DNA of 35,315 nt, taken from a virus. Taxonomy: Duplodnaviria > Caudoviricetes. Every line of letters begins with the position of its first letter. The stretch's first letter is position 1. The translations under genes and the position numbers were made by a program. Positions 33,001 to 35,315 of this stretch are shown piece after piece. Where the stretch lies: the IMG/VR virus record IMGVR_UViG_3300033067_000511, positions 1 to 35,315 of that record. The stretch is one strand, 5' to 3'. Under the pieces are notes generated by a model. The model made no database searches and was not told the origin of the DNA. It saw only the letters and a program-made list of their open reading frames with translations.

Positions 33001-34849
33001 CAGCGTACTTGTTCGTGTTGATCTCAACTGCAGTGATGGTGAACATGTCGTCGTTCGTGTCGCTCTCGGTGATCGAGAGAAGGCGGAACGGTTTGACCAA
33101 ACCAATGGAGTTCGAGGTCAGTGCAAACTGTGCCCGATCCGGGATGTCTTGAAGCAACGATCCTGACACACGGGTCAACTGCTTACTTGCAGCACCACCA
33201 GTGTTGATCACGGTCACGTTGACCGGCCCACTCTTGGTCTGAACGGTCAGGGTATATTCAGCATGCGGGGACAAGAAGAGTTCATCCCGAAGCGTGATGA
33301 CCCCGTTGGTGATTGACTTAATCCGGCCAGACAGACCCCAGTTCATGTAGGGGTCGGTGATACCAATGATATCAAAAGGTTCCAGTAGAATGCCAGGACG
33401 GGTGGTCGTGAAAGTTACGGTCGTCACTTCTGTATTGGCTGAAATCAACCGCAGCAGAGCTCGACGCTGGGCTTCGAAGGCGTCAATGCAGCCGACCGCG
33501 ATGAAGTCCATCGGGATGCGGCCGTTCTTGGTGATATAGGAATCAACTTTGACCTGACGAACGTCCTGGTTCCACTTCAGATCCGGGTTGATAAAGGTCA
33601 CCAGATAGTCGTTCGCGCGCGAAGCGATGTCCGCGAACTGATACTGGAAGCCTTCGATCGTCACCGATTCGGGCCCGAAGATCTGGACCGGGTTCCCCGG
33701 CTTGTCGAGCTTCAGCCGCACCGAACCATTAAGGTCGGTCGTGATGATGCCACCGAAGATCGAGGCCACATACTGTGCCGCTTCGATGCCGGGACGCGGC
33801 TGGTCGATCAGATCGTGATAGGTGTAGCGCGGCTGGTATCCAGTCGCTCCGCGCCGGGGAACAAGAACATCACACCATTGGGCAGCTTCGTAGAAAGACC
33901 AGCGGTCGACCATGACCTCAGGGTAATGTGCCTTGAACCCATAGTTCTCATCCTGGATCATGTCGTAGAGGCACCAAGCGGGGTTATCGCTGTAGCCCCA
34001 CTGGAACGTGCCATCCCACAGACCGTCGTAGTAGCGAGTGATCGGGCTGTAGTTGGACGGAATGCGGATAATTTTTCCAGCGTAGATACCGCTGAAGGTC
34101 GGGATGGAAGAAAACTGGTTGCTCGAAGCACCGAGTCCACGAGCGCAGACCAGGTTGGGGAACTGCAACTTGGTGTCCGTCTGGACACACTGGTAGCTCT
34201 CGAACGTAGCAGAGCAGAACAGATCGTCGTTGTTCTCGTCGTTCAGCTTTTCGACGTAGACTTCCCAATCGCCAGTGTAGTCACGGTCAGCCGTGGGGAT
34301 GTTCCGAACGTACTCTTTGACATAGCTCGAGCCCGTCTTACCGGTCACACCAACATCGACCGTGTCCATGAAGTTGCGCCAGGTGGTTTCATTCGATCTC
34401 TTGTACTTGATCCGAAAGCTGGCTGTATGCTCAAGCTGGTCACCATCCCCATTGGTCTTCAGCAACTGATTGATGACGATCCGAATTTCCAATCGGTCGA
34501 TCAGACCACGCAGGCTTTGCGGCGTAGTGCGGATGACTGGGACGTACTGCGCCAGCGTGACCCCCACCTGGATATTTGTCGAAGCCCCACCAAACTTGGG
34601 AACGATCCGTGTCGGGTCAGCTGACCCGTGATACATATGGAGTTCAAAACCCTCGAAGTTGTTGTTCCCGGTTGCGGAAACCAGAGGGGTGTCGTTCAGG
34701 TAGAATGACTTGGGGCCGTTGACGAGACCGGCGATCGGACCTTCGCAAACGCCAAGGACAAACTCGATGCTGTCCTGCGACCTCAGGCTGTCGCTGACGA
34801 TCGTCGGGGAGCCACCACCACCACCAGCGCCACCAAGATTTTTGTTCAT
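30089..34849 (-). CDS. Tail tip / host-specificity protein J-like with FN3/Ig repeats
   Basis: GVCEGPIAGL, YLNDTP, WDGTF...SDNPAWCLYD, QPRY, LEPFDII; 1586 aa. Confidence 0.93.
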   Translation of the reverse strand: MNKNLGGAGGGGGSPTIVSDSLRSQDSIEFVLGVCEGPIAGLVNGPKSFYLNDTPLVSATGNNNFEGFELHMYHGSADPTRIVPKFGGASTNIQVGVTLAQYVPVIRTTPQSLRGLIDRLEIRIVINQLLKTNGDGDQLEHTASFRIKYKRSNETTWRNFMDTVDVGVTGKTGSSYVKEYVRNIPTADRDYTGDWEVYVEKLNDENNDDLFCSATFESYQCVQTDTKLQFPNLVCARGLGASSNQFSSIPTFSGIYAGKIIRIPSNYSPITRYYDGLWDGTFQWGYSDNPAWCLYDMIQDENYGFKAHYPEVMVDRWSFYEAAQWCDVLVPRRGATGYQPRYTYHDLIDQPRPGIEAAQYVASIFGGIITTDLNGSVRLKLDKPGNPVQIFGPESVTIEGFQYQFADIASRANDYLVTFINPDLKWNQDVRQVKVDSYITKNGRIPMDFIAVGCIDAFEAQRRALLRLISANTEVTTVTFTTTRPGILLEPFDIIGITDPYMNWGLSGRIKSITNGVITLRDELFLSPHAEYTLTVQTKSGPVNVTVINTGGAASKQLTRVSGSLLQDIPDRAQFALTSNSIGLVKPFRLLSITESDTNDDMFTITAVEINTNKYADADELDISPEPTQNYSFERSAFPAAPVNLACESGTNQLYLNSTGQVNSRIRVSWDHDPKSFVDEYEVYYKRLDRDAYSKFSVTGTEAYISNVQDGMTYQVYVRAVNTIGNRSPQSATVSHVVLGKSVPPKTPLTGTTSQLLTDVRVDWSDVTDLDLDFYEIRTGGTSWETATRLATAKSSVYTHSNPSGSTITYRIKAVDTSGNYSTGSLVLTHSVQQPGAPTLTFDILGSNYRLSITPPTSIVVPIKEYVITLDNVEIFRGAVTSYTVPLTWTGTRTFRVRAINTASVESPQFTLPVTISKPQTITPTGTVNEGTFNLSWNVPTSDLPILRYIVRDKTSGVILDSDLKATSYVIPITWTGTRQFEVWAVNSAGVAGDAGVTSTTVSAPSVLNLQSQLSKSLLTLTWTGVRGTLPIKQYRISNSATGTLLAIIDALSWSTQVNWNGTRSYGVVAEDINGNLSTQTVVSETVDAPLAPAVANVIVDKSLRLTWTEPASELGIREYEIWRDGAVLQKVSGTSAVVPIDFSGTKVYSVRAVDEAGNTGAFGTTTRAINAPTALVLETAIVSDQVRLSWNVPTSTLPISEYVLMRGAANTVITRLSANSYSFKADFIGVETFKIQAIDVAGNASAVFTDTLEVTAPTAPVIKPEVLDNNVLLRWTNGVGTLPIRNTEVRRGSTFATATFLQQVDATFAPFFEFQAGTYTYWVVNIDTAGNYGVPSAVSAVVSQPQDFVLQADFDSAYTGTKTRCYVNDGKMYFGVNETETYEQHWTSVSNSTVQDQITDGYSYWLQPSTGLASSYQETFDYGAILVSSLITVTPTVELTLGNSAFSVDIDVKAAVGDAWTSLTVGNSQGFATNFRYVRFTIRVTGDTKDDLLVINKINVRLNTKTKSASGSGTANAADAGGTTVNFGASFIDVQSISVTPLSTTARFAVYDFVDVPYPTSFKVLMYDVSGNRVSGNFSWSARGY

Positions 34850-35315
34850 GCTTCACTCGGGATATTGAACGGAGAGGGAACCGAACTTGCGTAGATCGGA
34901 CGGGCGGGGGCAAGCCAGACCTGACCACCACCGGCTGCGCTCACGGGCGGTGTGTACTGCAGATCGTAGCGGAAGTAGTTTGGGTTGCCTTCTGCGGCCT
35001 CGTTCGGGTCACCTTCCAGAGCAATGTCCTTGGCATCTACGTCGAACGACAGATAGTGCCCACCGATCTTGCGGGTTCCGTATAGGATCGGGATGCGTGT
35101 CCCGCTCTTCACGGTGTTGACGCTTGCACCCAAGTAGAGCGAACTCTCGGTGCTATCGGTCTCAGGGACAGGCATCAGCATCTGGACAATGCCGCCGATG
35201 ATCATCATCGCGCCGCTCAGATAAAGCATGCCCTGCGTGATCTGCAGAGTCGCCAAGAAGGCAGGGTTGAGGATCGCCAAAGCGATCAATGTGATCCCAA
35301 TGATGATCTGCAGTA
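34846..35315 (-). CDS. Tail assembly protein I-like (5' partial)
   Basis: Hydrophobic GG segment, SLYLG...NTVKSGTRIPILYG...GGH; upstream of J; frame open to the window edge. Confidence 0.85.
   Translation of the reverse strand, partial: LQIIIGITLIALAILNPAFLATLQITQGMLYLSGAMMIIGGIVQMLMPVPETDSTESSLYLGASVNTVKSGTRIPILYGTRKIGGHYLSFDVDAKDIALEGDPNEAAEGNPNYFRYDLQYTPPVSAAGGGQVWLAPARPIYASSVPSPFNIPSEA

Larger units (their letters stand above)
1..35315. mobile_element. Temperate tailed bacteriophage genome segment (alphaproteobacterial host), apparently the non-integrated (attP) form
   Basis: Integrase, xis and att core with phage genes on both sides; replication, lysis and tail modules; no host housekeeping genes. 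Confidence 0.97.

Noticed and set aside
1-35315. CRISPR array, or introns/inteins in polA, nrdJ or the helicase
   Set aside because: No regularly spaced repeats; these genes are uninterrupted, of normal length, and lack intein or intron signatures

Overview
A 35.3-kb internal segment of a temperate tailed phage (siphovirus-like tail tip) of an alphaproteobacterial host, probably Rhodobacteraceae. The host call rests on a GapR/DUF2312 homologue, an alphaproteobacterial-type tRNA(CAT) att core and a perfect CtrA box. Layout: (i) 1-8794 (+) about 30 small, translationally coupled early/accessory genes, including a His-Me-finger protein, a Cys-rich protein, a SleB-like hydrolase, TerB, an HD hydrolase, a 2OG-Fe(II) oxygenase-like protein, an orphan HicA-like protein and KTSC; (ii) 8803-10630 lysogeny module: CtrA box, xis, tyrosine integrase, an apparently intact attP (3' half of tRNA-CAT, IHF sites, arm repeats) and a double-HTH regulator; (iii) 10768-25351 (+) replication and nucleotide metabolism: SNF2 helicase, putative SSB, family A polymerase, Acb2/Tad1-like protein, GapR, RecU-like resolvase, DEDDh exonuclease, SbcD/SbcC, dNMP kinase, ThyX, MazG, class II RNR; (iv) 25384-35315 (-) end of the late operon: tail assembly protein I, J-like tip protein, tail fibre, PhoH and a lysis cassette interrupted by a PD-(D/E)XK nuclease. 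The most notable non-genic signals are the CtrA box in front of xis-int, an attP whose flank rebuilds a tRNA acceptor stem, a ~270-nt structured RNA-like region before the polymerase, a repeated CTATA(C/G)TATAA(C/G) promoter-like motif, and twin UNCG hairpins followed by TCCA. All functional calls come from reading motifs by eye; no database search was run.
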